64,000 nt of DNA from an uncultured Spirochaetota bacterium. GTDB lineage: Bacteria > Spirochaetota > UBA4802 > UBA5550. Within the stretch, counting starts at the first letter, position 1. Each line of letters starts with the position of its first letter. The stretch lies in NCBI GenBank assembly GCA_963827275.1, contig CAWHAA010000008.1, positions 96,001-160,000 of the forward strand. Direction: 5' to 3'. The notes under the pieces were generated by a model. It had not been told where the DNA came from, ran no database searches, and saw only the letters and a list, made by a program, of their open reading frames with translations. Position numbers and translations under genes: made by a program. Of this stretch, positions 53,001 through 62,056 are shown one piece after another.

Positions 53001-56000
53001 CCTGGAGGTAACGCTCCTCGACGACACCGTTGAGCCGGGCGGCAGCGCGTCGCTCCTGGTCGAGTCGGCCGCGAGGGACGCCTTCGTCCTTCTGGACATC
53101 GTGCGCCAGGGCTCGGTGACGGAACGAAAGCTGGTGCGGCCGGCCGGCGGCAGGAAGATCGTAACAGTCCCTGTCCGAGAAAAGGACAGGGGCAACATCC
53201 ATTACCGGTATGCCTGTATCAGGGACGGCAGGCTCCATTCCGGCTCGGGGACCATAACGGTGCCCTGGACGAATAAGGAGCTCAGGGCGGAATTCATGAC
53301 GTTTCGCGACAGGCTCAGGCCCGGCGAAAAGGAGGAATGGCGCATCAAGATAACGGGACAGCAGGGTGAGATGGCGGCAGCGGAGCTTGTCGCGTCCATG
53401 TATGACGCATCGCTCGACGCCTTTTTGCCGCACGGGTGGAGCTTTGGCGTGAACCCCTTCTTTTACCTGTATGAATACTGGCACTCCAACACGACCTTCA
53501 CGGCGGGACAGAGCCGCCTGGCGGCGGAGGAGTGGAACCGGTATCCCGACACCTATGACCGGCATTATGACCAGCTCAACCTGTTCGGCGTGTATTTCTA
53601 TTCCCGGGGGAGGAACTACCGGATGATGAAGAGCGCCGGCAGGGAAGGGGCGGACCTTGCCGCGGATGAAAGCGCGGAACGTTCCGCTGACGGAATCAAC
53701 GCCCCGGCGGAAGCCGAAAAGAAGAAGGATGAACAATCACCGGCGCCGGCCACGAAGGGGGAGCAGAAGATTAACGGCGGCAAGGGCGACGCGCAGGCCG
53801 GCGATGCCGTGCAGGTCAGGCGGAACCTGAACGAGACGGCGTTTTTCTACCCTCACCTTGTCACCAACGAGAAGGGAGAGGTGATCATAGCGTTCACCGC
53901 GCCCGACGCACTGACCCGGTGGAAGGTCCTCGGCTTCGCCCATACCGCTGACCTGAAGTCGGTGGTATTCACTAACGAGCTTGTCACCCAGAAGGAGGTG
54001 ATGGTGACCCCGAACGTGCCGCGGTTTCTCAGGGAAGGGGACCGCGTCGTCATCAGCGCCAAGGTAACCAACATGACCGATAAAGCCCTGTCCGGAAGGG
54101 CGGAGCTCCTGCTCTTTGATGCGGTCAGCATGAAGCCCCTTGACCGGGAGCTTTCGAACGGTACGCCGCGGGCGCCATTCACGCTGCCTGCCAGGGGGAA
54201 CGCGGTCGTGTCCTGGCCGGTGAGGGTGCCGGCATCGGTCGAGGCGGTGACCTGGCGGGTCACGGCGCGGGCGGGCGATTTCAGCGACGGCGAGGAATCG
54301 ACCCTGCCGGTCCTGTCGAACCGCATGATGGTCACCGAGAGCCTGCCGCTTCCGGTGCGGGGGAACCAGACCAGGGATTACACCTTCACGAAGCTGGTCA
54401 ACGCGAAACAGTCGGACACCCTGACCCATTACCGCCTGACACTGGAGTTCACCTCCAACCCGGCATGGTACGCGGTCCAGGCGCTCCCCTACCTGATGGA
54501 ATATCCGCATGAATGCGCGGAGCAGGTCTTCAGCCGGTTTTATTCAAACAGCCTCGCCTCGCACATCGTCGGCTCGAGCCCGAGGATACGGGCGGTGTTC
54601 GACCGGTGGAAGGAGAGCGGTGCGCTCCTGTCGAACCTCCAGAAGAACGAGGAGCTGAAATCCGTGATGATACAGGAGACGCCCTGGCTGCTCAACGGGC
54701 GCAGCGAGGAGGAGAACAAGAAGAGGGTCGCGCTCCTCTTCGACCTGAACAGGATGTCACATGAGCTTGACCGGGCCTTCGCGAAGCTCGGGGAGATGCA
54801 GGGAAGCAACGGCGGATGGCCCTGGTTCACCGGCCTTCCCGAGAGCTGGTACATCACCCAGCATATCCTGGCAGGGCTTGCCAAGCTCGAGGCGCTCGGC
54901 GTGAAGGGCGCCGCGCGCGAGGGGACCGCGGACATGACCGCGCGGGGGCTCGCCTTCATAGACCTCGCCGTCAAGAGGGACTATGATTACCTGGTCGCGA
55001 ACAGGATTGACCTGAAGCAGAAGAACATCGGGTATATACACTACCACTACCTGTATTCACGGAGCTTCTTCAGGGACGTGCCGCTCACGAAGGGGTGCAC
55101 GGAAGCGTTCAATTACTGGAAGGGCCAGGTGGCGAAGCACTGGCCCAAGGACGGGCCCTACGTGAAGGGCCTCGCCGCCGTGGCCCTGTCCCGCTTCGGC
55201 GAGGCGAAGACGGCCGGGGCGATCATCGCGTCTCTCAGGGAAACAGCGATCTACAATGACGAGCTCGGCATGTACTGGAAGGAAAACGTCGGCGGCTACT
55301 GGTGGCACCAGGCGCCGGTGGAGACGCAGGCGCTCCTGATCGAAGCCTTCGAGGAGGTCGCGCGCGACCGCACGGCCGCGGACGACATGCGGACCTGGCT
55401 CCTGAAATCGAAGCAGACGCAGCACTGGAGCACCACCAAGGCCACGACGGACGCCTGCTACGCGCTCCTGATGGGCGGCTCGGAGTGGATTAAGAACGAC
55501 TCACTGGCCGAGATACTGCTCGGCGGCGAGAAGGTCGATCCCGCCGCCGCGGGCGCGAAGACCGAGGCGGGCACCGGCTATTTCAAGATGAGCTGGACGA
55601 AAAGCGAGATACGCCCGAAGATGGGAAGGGTGCGGGTGGTAAATAAAAACAGCAACCCCGCCTGGGGCGCGCTCTACTGGCAGTATTTCGAACAGATGGA
55701 CAAAATCACCGCGCATGAAACGCCGCTGAAGCTCGAGAAGAAATTCTTCCTGGTGGTCTCCACCGATAAAGGGCCGGTCCTTGAGCCGGTGACCGGGACA
55801 ACCAGGCTCAAGCCGGGCGACAGGCTGAAGGTGCGCATCGTGCTGCGGGTCGACCGCGACATGGACTATGTGCACATGAAGGACCTCCGCGCCGCGGGCA
55901 CGGAGCCGGAGAACGTCCTCTCCGGGCACCGGTACCAGGACGGGCTCTGGTACTACGAGAGCACGAAGGACGCGGCTACGCATTTTTTCATCGAGCGACT

Positions 56001-56142
56001 CCCGAAAGGCACGTTCGTGTTCGAGTATCCGCTCGTGGTCAACCTGAAGGGAAATTTTTCGGCCGGGATTACCACTATCCAGTGCATGTACGCGCCGGAG
56101 TTCACCTCCCATTCGGAAGGGGCGCGGCTGACGGTTGAATGA
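50017..56142 (+). CDS. Bacterial alpha-2-macroglobulin family protein
   Basis: FTDRSIYRPGQ, EEYKRP, VRRNLNETAFF, PDALTRW, PRFLREGD, intact thioester motif ECAEQ, MYAPEF. Confidence 0.92.
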   Translation: MKAIKHAFLIFLLSLLIVPLYGPHTRGKSSPAEKTAVAAARTEYNAYTDRWQAVEESDGAGKPRSALEAVEKILILARKERNAPQIVKALVHRVKYLMEVGEKEHPDILRMLESEAAAARFPEKPLLQSLLAEAYWSYFSANRWAFYNRTATVTLKEDDVATWDLAKIMERSITLHRESVLEAERLKKVPLGLMDEIVTRGSAPRGYRPTLYDFLAHRAVDFFMTDENQLTRPAREFEIDSAGYFGPAEKFAALAMAQNDPLSLRYNAARLLQELTRFHLADPASDPGALVDVELKRLRFAREKAVVPDRESLYINALRLLGRRHGSHPSSALVSYEIAEWLRARGLEWKEGSPDDHRWSIRKSAEIASGVISRFPGSEGALLCAPLTVMDKNLSLTAERVNAPGRPFRILVKYKNLARLHLRAVKISADECETLDSDNEATEKKIERLVKRASLHEWSVALPDDGDLREHAAEVAAPPLEAGCYALLAGTEKTFSFNGSAVAFMTTTVSNLGFVHRLSLKKGAFFCVTRRDTGEPLGGVSAVISGRKYDYSKSRYVTSVLGRLVSDKNGVIIFPMDKKNDYYHSTMSITLTSGTDRLKSEFYSYAHGEGSRNDYQTHFFTDRSIYRPGQTIYFKAILLKLDGDRQYKICAGQDTIVELLDHNSQKAGEVRLRSNRYGTVSGSFTAPSGVLTGQMTIRNGSGAQAIRVEEYKRPRFEAGFTPVRGNYRLGEKIAVSGFARSYSGAPLSDAAVRYTVVRKVWFMYRWGGWYYRHYNGQETVMGKGEARTDAKGEFTVRFDALPDTRIPRSEQPAFSYEVQADVTDINGETHGASTGITAGYTALVVDIPNLPQAIDTGKRLALEVNSRNFSGEFVPAKGTLSIARVKEPERLLRPRLWEQPDRFVMSAKEYAVQFPNDIYKDENAPENRGIEKVWYSAAFDTGRERTVIPGDISTWPDGDYLVSIETRDAYGETIRYRRYVSAYATREGRTSRKKYLEVTLLDDTVEPGGSASLLVESAARDAFVLLDIVRQGSVTERKLVRPAGGRKIVTVPVREKDRGNIHYRYACIRDGRLHSGSGTITVPWTNKELRAEFMTFRDRLRPGEKEEWRIKITGQQGEMAAAELVASMYDASLDAFLPHGWSFGVNPFFYLYEYWHSNTTFTAGQSRLAAEEWNRYPDTYDRHYDQLNLFGVYFYSRGRNYRMMKSAGREGADLAADESAERSADGINAPAEAEKKKDEQSPAPATKGEQKINGGKGDAQAGDAVQVRRNLNETAFFYPHLVTNEKGEVIIAFTAPDALTRWKVLGFAHTADLKSVVFTNELVTQKEVMVTPNVPRFLREGDRVVISAKVTNMTDKALSGRAELLLFDAVSMKPLDRELSNGTPRAPFTLPARGNAVVSWPVRVPASVEAVTWRVTARAGDFSDGEESTLPVLSNRMMVTESLPLPVRGNQTRDYTFTKLVNAKQSDTLTHYRLTLEFTSNPAWYAVQALPYLMEYPHECAEQVFSRFYSNSLASHIVGSSPRIRAVFDRWKESGALLSNLQKNEELKSVMIQETPWLLNGRSEEENKKRVALLFDLNRMSHELDRAFAKLGEMQGSNGGWPWFTGLPESWYITQHILAGLAKLEALGVKGAAREGTADMTARGLAFIDLAVKRDYDYLVANRIDLKQKNIGYIHYHYLYSRSFFRDVPLTKGCTEAFNYWKGQVAKHWPKDGPYVKGLAAVALSRFGEAKTAGAIIASLRETAIYNDELGMYWKENVGGYWWHQAPVETQALLIEAFEEVARDRTAADDMRTWLLKSKQTQHWSTTKATTDACYALLMGGSEWIKNDSLAEILLGGEKVDPAAAGAKTEAGTGYFKMSWTKSEIRPKMGRVRVVNKNSNPAWGALYWQYFEQMDKITAHETPLKLEKKFFLVVSTDKGPVLEPVTGTTRLKPGDRLKVRIVLRVDRDMDYVHMKDLRAAGTEPENVLSGHRYQDGLWYYESTKDAATHFFIERLPKGTFVFEYPLVVNLKGNFSAGITTIQCMYAPEFTSHSEGARLTVE

Positions 56143-56169
56143 GGAGCGGGGGGATAGTTTCCCGCCGGG

Positions 56170-56550
56170 CTAGGTGATGCGGTTGTCGGAGATGAACTTC
56201 CGGAATTCGGACATGATCAGTTCCGGGTCATCGACCCTGTCCGCCATGAGGTCCCTGAGCCTGCCGTAGGATTCCAGGGTCATGCGGGTGAGCCTGACCG
56301 CGGTGCCGGCCGGACCGGAGCGTATGACCTCGCCGGGCAGCGTCAGGTTCAGCCGGGAGCCCCCGTTTTCAAGGATGATCTCGACATCGACGACCGCGTA
56401 GAGCGGCAGCTCCACGGGGATGTCGATGCATACGCCGCACAGGCTGATGTTGAGCAGGGTCCCGGCAATCGGCCTCTCCCCGTGCCGGATGACCGCATTG
56501 ATCGAAAAGGGGATCCTGGTGCTTGTCCTTCGTTCCATACGCCTGCGCAC
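56170..56550 (-). CDS. Single PilZ domain protein
   Basis: ERRTSTRIP and NISLCG motifs. Confidence 0.85.
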   Translation of the reverse strand: MRRRMERRTSTRIPFSINAVIRHGERPIAGTLLNISLCGVCIDIPVELPLYAVVDVEIILENGGSRLNLTLPGEVIRSGPAGTAVRLTRMTLESYGRLRDLMADRVDDPELIMSEFRKFISDNRIT

Positions 56551-56672
56551 TGTGTTGTTGTATCAGCGTGGACGCTCATGGCCGCGGGTGCGACGGCGGC
56601 TCTCAGTCACCTGAACGGCCGAAAATTTCCTTGATTAATTTCTGTACCGGTGCAATATAACGGCATATACCG

Positions 56673-57092
56673 ATGAAATTTGCAAGGATTTTTATCATGG
56701 CCGCCGCAGCCTGCCTGGCGGCCGGTTGCGTACGCAGCACGGTACCGAATGCGGGGCAGCGGCACGACACGGCCGCGGAGGTCCGCGATGACGGCGAATC
56801 GCGCGATGAATGCAGGGAAGCGATACGGCGCGCGCGGGTCGACGCGAGAAGCGGCCGGTACCGGATGTACGTGTTCGGGCGGGAGCGGTACGAGCCGGCC
56901 TTCGCGCGCTTTCTCGCAGAATACATGAATACCAGGTACGGCATCGACCTCGTGGTGTCCGCTCCCGGGGACCCCGCCAGAAGCCAGTGCTACAGCAATG
57001 AAATGGATAAGATAATAATGAACACCTTCGGGCCGGATATACTGGCCGACGCGGAGCAGGAAGCCAGGGAACTGTTCGACCCGCAAAAATAA
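56673..57092 (+). CDS. Hypothetical lipoprotein
   Basis: Lipobox LAAGC. Confidence 0.65.
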   Translation: MKFARIFIMAAAACLAAGCVRSTVPNAGQRHDTAAEVRDDGESRDECREAIRRARVDARSGRYRMYVFGRERYEPAFARFLAEYMNTRYGIDLVVSAPGDPARSQCYSNEMDKIIMNTFGPDILADAEQEARELFDPQK

Positions 57093-57165
57093 CGCCGGGG
57101 GACCGGGATATCGTCCCCGGGCCCGGCCGTCCCCGTATCACAATACTGCCGCGAGGAGGTATCGC

Positions 57166-57722
57166 ATGGGGAAAAAAATTCTCTTTTATCAGCCCTGTTC
57201 ATGTTTATTATCATGTCAGTGTCCTGCGCGAAAGAAGGAAATTCTGATAATCCCGGAGGTGCGTCAATGGGTACAATCACGGTAACAAGCAGTGCGTTCA
57301 AGGAAGGGGAGATGATCCCGAAAAAATTCACCTGCGATGACCGCGACGTTTCGCCGCAGCTGTCGTGGACGGGCGTCCCCGCGGGCGCGAAGAGCATCGC
57401 CCTGATCTGCGATGACCCGGACGCCCCGGCCGGCACCTGGGTCCACTGGGTGCTGTTCAACCTCCCGGCAACGACGACCGGTCTTCCGGAAGGGATAGCG
57501 AAGCTCCCGGGCGGCGCCCTGCAGGGTATCAACGACTTCAGGAAGATTACCTACGGCGGCCCCTGCCCGCCGGGCGGCACGCACCGCTACTACTTCAAGG
57601 TATATGCCCTTGACACGATGCTCTCACTGAAGGAGCGCGCCTCAAAGGGAGACCTTCTCAGGGCGATGGAGGGGCACATTCTGGGCCAGGGCCAGCTCAT
57701 GGGGAAGTACAAGCGCAGTTAG
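57166..57722 (+). CDS. YbhB/YbcL (PEBP/RKIP-like) protein, with a probable 1-bp frameshift in the A-run at 57172-57178
   Basis: SPQLSW, DDPDAP, WVHW, GINDF, YGGPCPP, HRYYF; GAGGAGG before ATG 57166, which is out of frame by one base. Confidence 0.85.
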
Positions 57723-58088
57723 TGTAACTTAACTTTACAGATCACCGCCAGGCCAAAGGCCCGGATCCCGGCGATGGGGCAGGGGAGCGCCGGAGGCGCG
57801 TGCGGGGGGGCGGCAAGGGGGAGGGGGCGGAAAAAGCCCGCGAGCCGCCGGGGGGCGATTGATGAATGCCTGGATTACTAAAGATTATTAACGGAGATAG
57901 AGCCAGCGGGCATTTTTCTCATTCTGTCTTTGCCTATTTCAGAATGAAGAAAGGGCCGTGATAATCGATTTCTCTCGCTAATTCCCGAAAATTTATTGCT
58001 ATTTGAACATACCGCTGTTGTACTAATCCGCGGGTAGGCATTCTTTTCGACTTTTCATAAATTTTTCTCAATTTTCTCGGCGCTCGCG

Positions 58089-58138
58089 AAATTTTAAGCT
58101 TCTGTCCAGCGCTTTTTCTGCTGGAGGGGGGCACATTT
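58089..58138 (+). repeat. Palindromic repeat family A, copy 1
   Basis: Core CCAGCGCTTTTTCTGCTGGAGGGG shared with 58757, 60704 and 62995. Confidence 0.85.
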
Positions 58139-58217
58139 ACTAAGGGAGTATCTTGGAAAATAACGGTATGAATACGGTGATAATATACACCATATTTACT
58201 GTATTTGAGGTAACACT

Positions 58218-58733
58218 ATGAGAAAAATTTTAATTATTATTATAATATCTTTTTTCTTTGTGAATTGTAGTAAAAATGAAAACAAGGTATTCTTAATACA
58301 ACCAAAAGATATAATAGGAGTAACACAATCCTCGTTTTATTGTTATGGAAGATCATGGGATTTCCAAGAAAGTTTTAAACCTTTGATTGAGAATAATATT
58401 CTTTATTTGCATTTTAGGGGTTCCATCCGTGATGATTATACTTTTTGTTTTACATTGGAACCCTTTGAAAAACATCTTGATCCCAATCCAATAACTTTCA
58501 CAGGAAAAAAAAATATATCTATTGAATTAGAAAAAAAAATTGAAAAACAAATATCTTTTGACATCTCGATGACCAATGATAAATATTATATTTCCAGCCA
58601 ACGTATTGACGCAAAAAATACATTAAAAATCCAGATGCCATTGCCTTCAAATGGAAAGTCTATTAATAGTATTGTAATATTTTTTGTTGGGGAACCATGC
58701 ATAATAGGGATCAAGTCAATTTATCTGGAGTGA
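58218..58733 (+). CDS. AT-rich hypothetical lipoprotein
   Basis: GAGG RBS; lipobox FVNC; bracketed by family A repeats. Confidence 0.7.
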   Translation: MRKILIIIIISFFFVNCSKNENKVFLIQPKDIIGVTQSSFYCYGRSWDFQESFKPLIENNILYLHFRGSIRDDYTFCFTLEPFEKHLDPNPITFTGKKNISIELEKKIEKQISFDISMTNDKYYISSQRIDAKNTLKIQMPLPSNGKSINSIVIFFVGEPCIIGIKSIYLE

Positions 58734-58756
58734 TGGGACTGTCAGATATTTTGTGG

Positions 58757-58805
58757 AAATTTTGTGCCCCCCCAGCGCTTTTTCTGCTGGAGGGGGGGCT
58801 CTTTT
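58757..58805 (+). repeat. Palindromic repeat family A, copy 2
   Basis: AAATTTTGTGCCCCCCCAGCGCTTTTTCTGCTGGAGGGGGGGCTCTTTT. Confidence 0.85.
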
Positions 58806-58988
58806 GAGAGGGATACCCCTTCACATAAAACGCATTCAGCCGTATCATCCCTAGTACGATAAGGGCCTTTTCTTCTACGATAGAAACAGAGCCCACGACG
58901 GCCCTATACCCACCTAACGCTAGCACTGCAAACAATCGCAAGTACGGTTACCCCAGCCAGTGCCGAGGTCAATAACCAAAATATATAA

Positions 58989-60327
58989 GATAACGTATAG
59001 TATCTTTCGCACATTTTTCATGCAATAAAAAAGTCCTCTAACTGACGAAAATTAAATTACCACACTTAAAAACGTCAGGAGGAGGACTTTTATGAAAGCT
59101 GATAAGATTATCGAGGTGAACGAGGAAAAAATCAAGCAACATTTGGGAGAATTTGTCAGAGGAACTGTGGAAGAAACACTCAATACCCTGCTTGATGCCG
59201 AAGCAGATGCAATCTGTAATGCCCAGAAGTATGAGCATACAACTGAGAGAAAAGATACCAGGGCTGGCTATTATGAACGAAAATTTCATACTAAGGCTGG
59301 AGAAGTAAGCCTGAAGATGCCCAAACTGAGGACTTTGCCATTCGATACGGCGATCATTGAGCGATATAAACGGCGGGAAATCTCCGTAGAAGAATCATTG
59401 GTTGAGATGTACCTGGCCGGTGTATCGGTAAGGCGTGTTGAAGATATTACTGAGGCACTCTGGGGAACTAAGGTTTCGCCAGGCACCATAAGCAATTTAA
59501 ACAAGAAGGTATACCAGCATATTGAGACATGGCGGAATAGGAAGATTACAGGATCCTATGCCTACGTATATCTCGACGGCATATGGCTTAAGAGAAGCTG
59601 GGGTGGCGAAGTACGCAATATATCGGTGTTAATAGCATTTGGGGTCAATTCCGAGGGTTTCAGAGAGATTTTAGGGGTAGCCGAAGGAGCCAAAGAAGAT
59701 AAAGAGAGCTGGCAGGGATTCTTGCGCTATTTGAAAGATAGGGGTTTAACAGGCGTCCGGTTGTTTGTTTCCGATAAAAGCCTTGGTCTTGTCGAAAGCC
59801 TTGCCCATTTTTATCCTGAAGCAAAATGGCAGCGTTGTATTGTTCATTTCTATCGGAATGTATTTACTATGGTGCCTCATGGCAAGGTAAAGATGGTTGC
59901 TACGATGTTAAAAGCCATTCATGCCCAGGAGGACAAGCAGGCCGCCCGGGAGAAAGCCCGGAATGTGGTCGAGAAACTTAAACAAATGAAACTGCAAAAA
60001 GCTGCTGAACTGGTTTCTGAATCTATTGATGAAACATTGAGTTATTATGATTTCCCATATGAACACAGGAGAAGAATCAGGACCAATAATCCATTGGAAC
60101 GAATACTGAAAGAGGTGAGAAGACGTACTCGTGTTGTCGGAGCATTTCCTGATGGCGAATCGGCCTTGATGCTGGTCGCGGCTCGGCTGAGGTATATTGC
60201 ATCTTCTTCATGGGGTGCGAAAAGATATCTTAACATGGATCATTTGAAAGATTTACTCATTGATATAGCATAGGAATTAACGTCAGTTAGAGGAAAAAGA
60301 AAAAAGCGAAAGATTATTGACACTATC
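58989..60327 (+). mobile_element. IS256 family insertion sequence
   Basis: Imperfect TIRs GATAACGTATAGTATCTTTCGC / GCGAAAGATTATTGACACTATC; perfect 14-bp subterminal IR (59034-59047 / 60281-60294); no target-site duplication. Confidence 0.88.
59092..60273 (+). CDS. IS256 family DDE transposase
   Basis: EMYLAGVSVRRV, YLDG, GFREILG, WQRCIVHF, RTNNPLER..E.RRR. Confidence 0.95.
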   Translation: MKADKIIEVNEEKIKQHLGEFVRGTVEETLNTLLDAEADAICNAQKYEHTTERKDTRAGYYERKFHTKAGEVSLKMPKLRTLPFDTAIIERYKRREISVEESLVEMYLAGVSVRRVEDITEALWGTKVSPGTISNLNKKVYQHIETWRNRKITGSYAYVYLDGIWLKRSWGGEVRNISVLIAFGVNSEGFREILGVAEGAKEDKESWQGFLRYLKDRGLTGVRLFVSDKSLGLVESLAHFYPEAKWQRCIVHFYRNVFTMVPHGKVKMVATMLKAIHAQEDKQAAREKARNVVEKLKQMKLQKAAELVSESIDETLSYYDFPYEHRRRIRTNNPLERILKEVRRRTRVVGAFPDGESALMLVAARLRYIASSSWGAKRYLNMDHLKDLLIDIA

Positions 60328-60624
60328 TTGAAAAGCTTGAGCTGTTTGTTCCTCGTCTTCACGGGCTTGAACCAGCATGGCTCCTTCTTACGGACCGGAC
60401 GTATCGTTGGTTGAGCCCTGTCCCCTTTGACCCCGCTCAACACAAATGAACTGTACGTATTGGGAGCATTCAGCCGCATCACCCACTCGTCCTTATAGGG
60501 GACGGGCAGGGGTGACGTGATGCCGTGAACATTGAGATAGATGGCACGCATTTTCTGGACGTCCTCCCAGGTGCCGGAGTAGTCCTCGATGAAATTGTAC
60601 CGCTTATGAAAGCGATTTTCTTTA
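60328..60624 (-). pseudogene. Gene fragment truncated by IS256 and the 126-bp element
   Basis: Open frame KENRFHKRYNFIEDYSGTWEDVQKMRAIYLNVHG...KLFK, without its own start or stop between the two elements. Confidence 0.4.
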
Positions 60625-60750
60625 ACTTTCTAGGAATGTGCCCCCGCCTTAGAGTCGGCCCAGGTGACACAATGCTTTTTATCAGCAATTACTTCCTCTT
60701 AGATTAAGCCCCTCCAGCAGAAAAAGCGCTGGACAGGGGCTTAAAATTTA
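60625..60750. repeat. 126-bp element, copy 1 (contains family A hairpin in inverted orientation)
   Basis: Identical to 62916-63041. Confidence 0.9.
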
Positions 60751-60860
60751 TTAAAGGTGCTCAAGAAGGACGAATCTATCGATCTGTTGAAAAATCGATA
60801 TTACGTGATAATCCTAATGTAACTGGCTATAGATACCACTATTAAGAGAATTATTTATTT

Positions 60861-61154
60861 ATGATGGGATTTAAAAAAATTTATGAAGGTAGAGTGGCTC
60901 ATGATTCTGGCTTTGGTATTTCCTTTGAAAAGAATAAAATAAAGTATTGGGATAATGAAAAATATTTACATGTTCCATATGAGTCGATTTTAGAACCATA
61001 CAAAATAATTATTAACACATATAAATTAAACAAATGGGAAAATCCAACTGATAGGAATATTTCAATAAATGAAAAGAAGCAGATAATTGGTAATATTGAG
61101 TCATCTTTGCAATTTTTAGAAATAGATCATGAGTTTGTAAATAGTAAATACTAA
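60861..61154 (+). CDS. Putative polymorphic-toxin immunity protein (Imm74-like)
   Basis: AT-rich, 97 aa; KWENP..ISINEKKQIIGNIESSL resembles the Imm74 W.PP..I...EK..II..I pattern; preceded by a start-less ORF tail ending at 60845. Confidence 0.5.
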   Translation: MMGFKKIYEGRVAHDSGFGISFEKNKIKYWDNEKYLHVPYESILEPYKIIINTYKLNKWENPTDRNISINEKKQIIGNIESSLQFLEIDHEFVNSKY

Positions 61155-61214
61155 AAAATTCTAAAATGCAGTTTGCTGAAACGCATCCGGCTAAACACTA
61201 AACCCAAACTCCTT

Positions 61215-61300
61215 CCCCCCCCGTCATCCCGGTGACGGCTGGATGAGTCAGATACCGCCCTCCGGGTTATCGCTCACGAAATGTACTGCCCGGCCACAGT
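61215..61300. repeat. Repeat family B, copy 1 (inverted relative to 63078-63170)
   Basis: CCGTCATCCCGGTGACGGCTGGATGAGTCAGATACCGCCCTCCGGGTTATCGCTCACGAA...CCGGCCAC. Confidence 0.85.
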
Positions 61301-61390
61301 GACAACCACCTTCCGTCCCGGCAAGCGTTGTACCTGAACCAGTCCAACCTTTTTCAGTTGATCCAGCGCACGAGATGCGGTGCTGCGGTC
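61274..61390 (-). pseudogene. 3' fragment of a winged-helix DNA-binding protein gene
   Basis: DRSTASRALDQLKKVGLVQVQRLPGRKVVVTVAGQYIS*. Confidence 0.5.
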
Positions 61391-61445
61391 TCCGGCGTTG
61401 TTTTATAACTCGCTTTATTTTTGCCAGTGGAGAGTTAATATCCAT

Positions 61446-61552
61446 TGGGACAAATGGGACAAAGAAATACTATATGCACTATATATTTTTTAAAATAATT
61501 TTTTGTATATAGTATATATGGAAAAACTGTCCCTTTTGTCCCGCCTGTCCCC
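61446..61552. other. Putative replication origin of a prim-pol element
   Basis: GGGACA x2 and TGTCCC x3 converge around an AT-rich spacer. Confidence 0.5.
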
Positions 61553-61679
61553 AAAAACCAACCCTGAAATTTGGCAGAAACTTAAACTTTATTTTAAATT
61601 TAGTTTAAATAATGTTGACATAATAAAAATTGTTTATATTATTAAATATAAAAATATTTGATGGAGTGTATATTTATTG

Positions 61680-61708
61680 TTGACAAATTTTACAGGCCAC
61701 ATTATATT
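61680..61708 (+). promoter_or_regulatory. sigma70 promoter upstream of the prim-pol leader
   Basis: TTGACA-N17-TATATT. Confidence 0.7.
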
Positions 61709-61768
61709 GCTTTTAACCGAGAGGAAAACTATCAAGTAATCCCTCCGTATTAACTTCAACAGCACAGA

Positions 61769-61830
61769 CCGCTGCGAAGGATTAGGAGCCGAAAGGCATT
61801 TTTTAAAAGGTCTAATCTAATTTGCGGCGG
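61769..61830 (+). ncRNA. Putative structured leader RNA
   Basis: CCGCUGCGAA/UUUGCGGCGG outer stem, GAUUAG/CUAAUC stem, GCC-GAAA-GGC GNRA hairpin. Confidence 0.45.
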
Positions 61831-61991
61831 AGGTGTCCTCACACAAAACAACCCATAGTTTTATTGATTCTTATTTATTCGTATTTTTGATTTTTGAGAA
61901 AACAGTTGTACCTATCGATTAACGTAGAAAGGTTTTACCTTATCTCGATACCCTTTGTTCTCATATAAATCAATCTCAAAAATCAAAATTT

Positions 61992-62027
61992 ACCATGTTC
62001 ACGATTCACTGTGGGCATGGTTTTTTT
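61992..62027 (+). terminator. Leader terminator/attenuator
   Basis: ACCATGTTCAC-loop-GTGGGCATGGT followed by a T-run, ~30 nt before the prim-pol ATG. Confidence 0.6.
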
Positions 62028-62056
62028 CAAAATTTAATAATTGAAGGATTGTTTAT

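Noticed and set aside
57723..58090. tRNA/tmRNA integration site at the island border
   Set aside because: No tRNA-like cloverleaf or T-loop motif recognised, and no integrase in the window.
60525..60707. Shared C-terminal peptide of two ORFs as a protein domain
   Set aside because: It is read-through into the 126-bp non-coding element.
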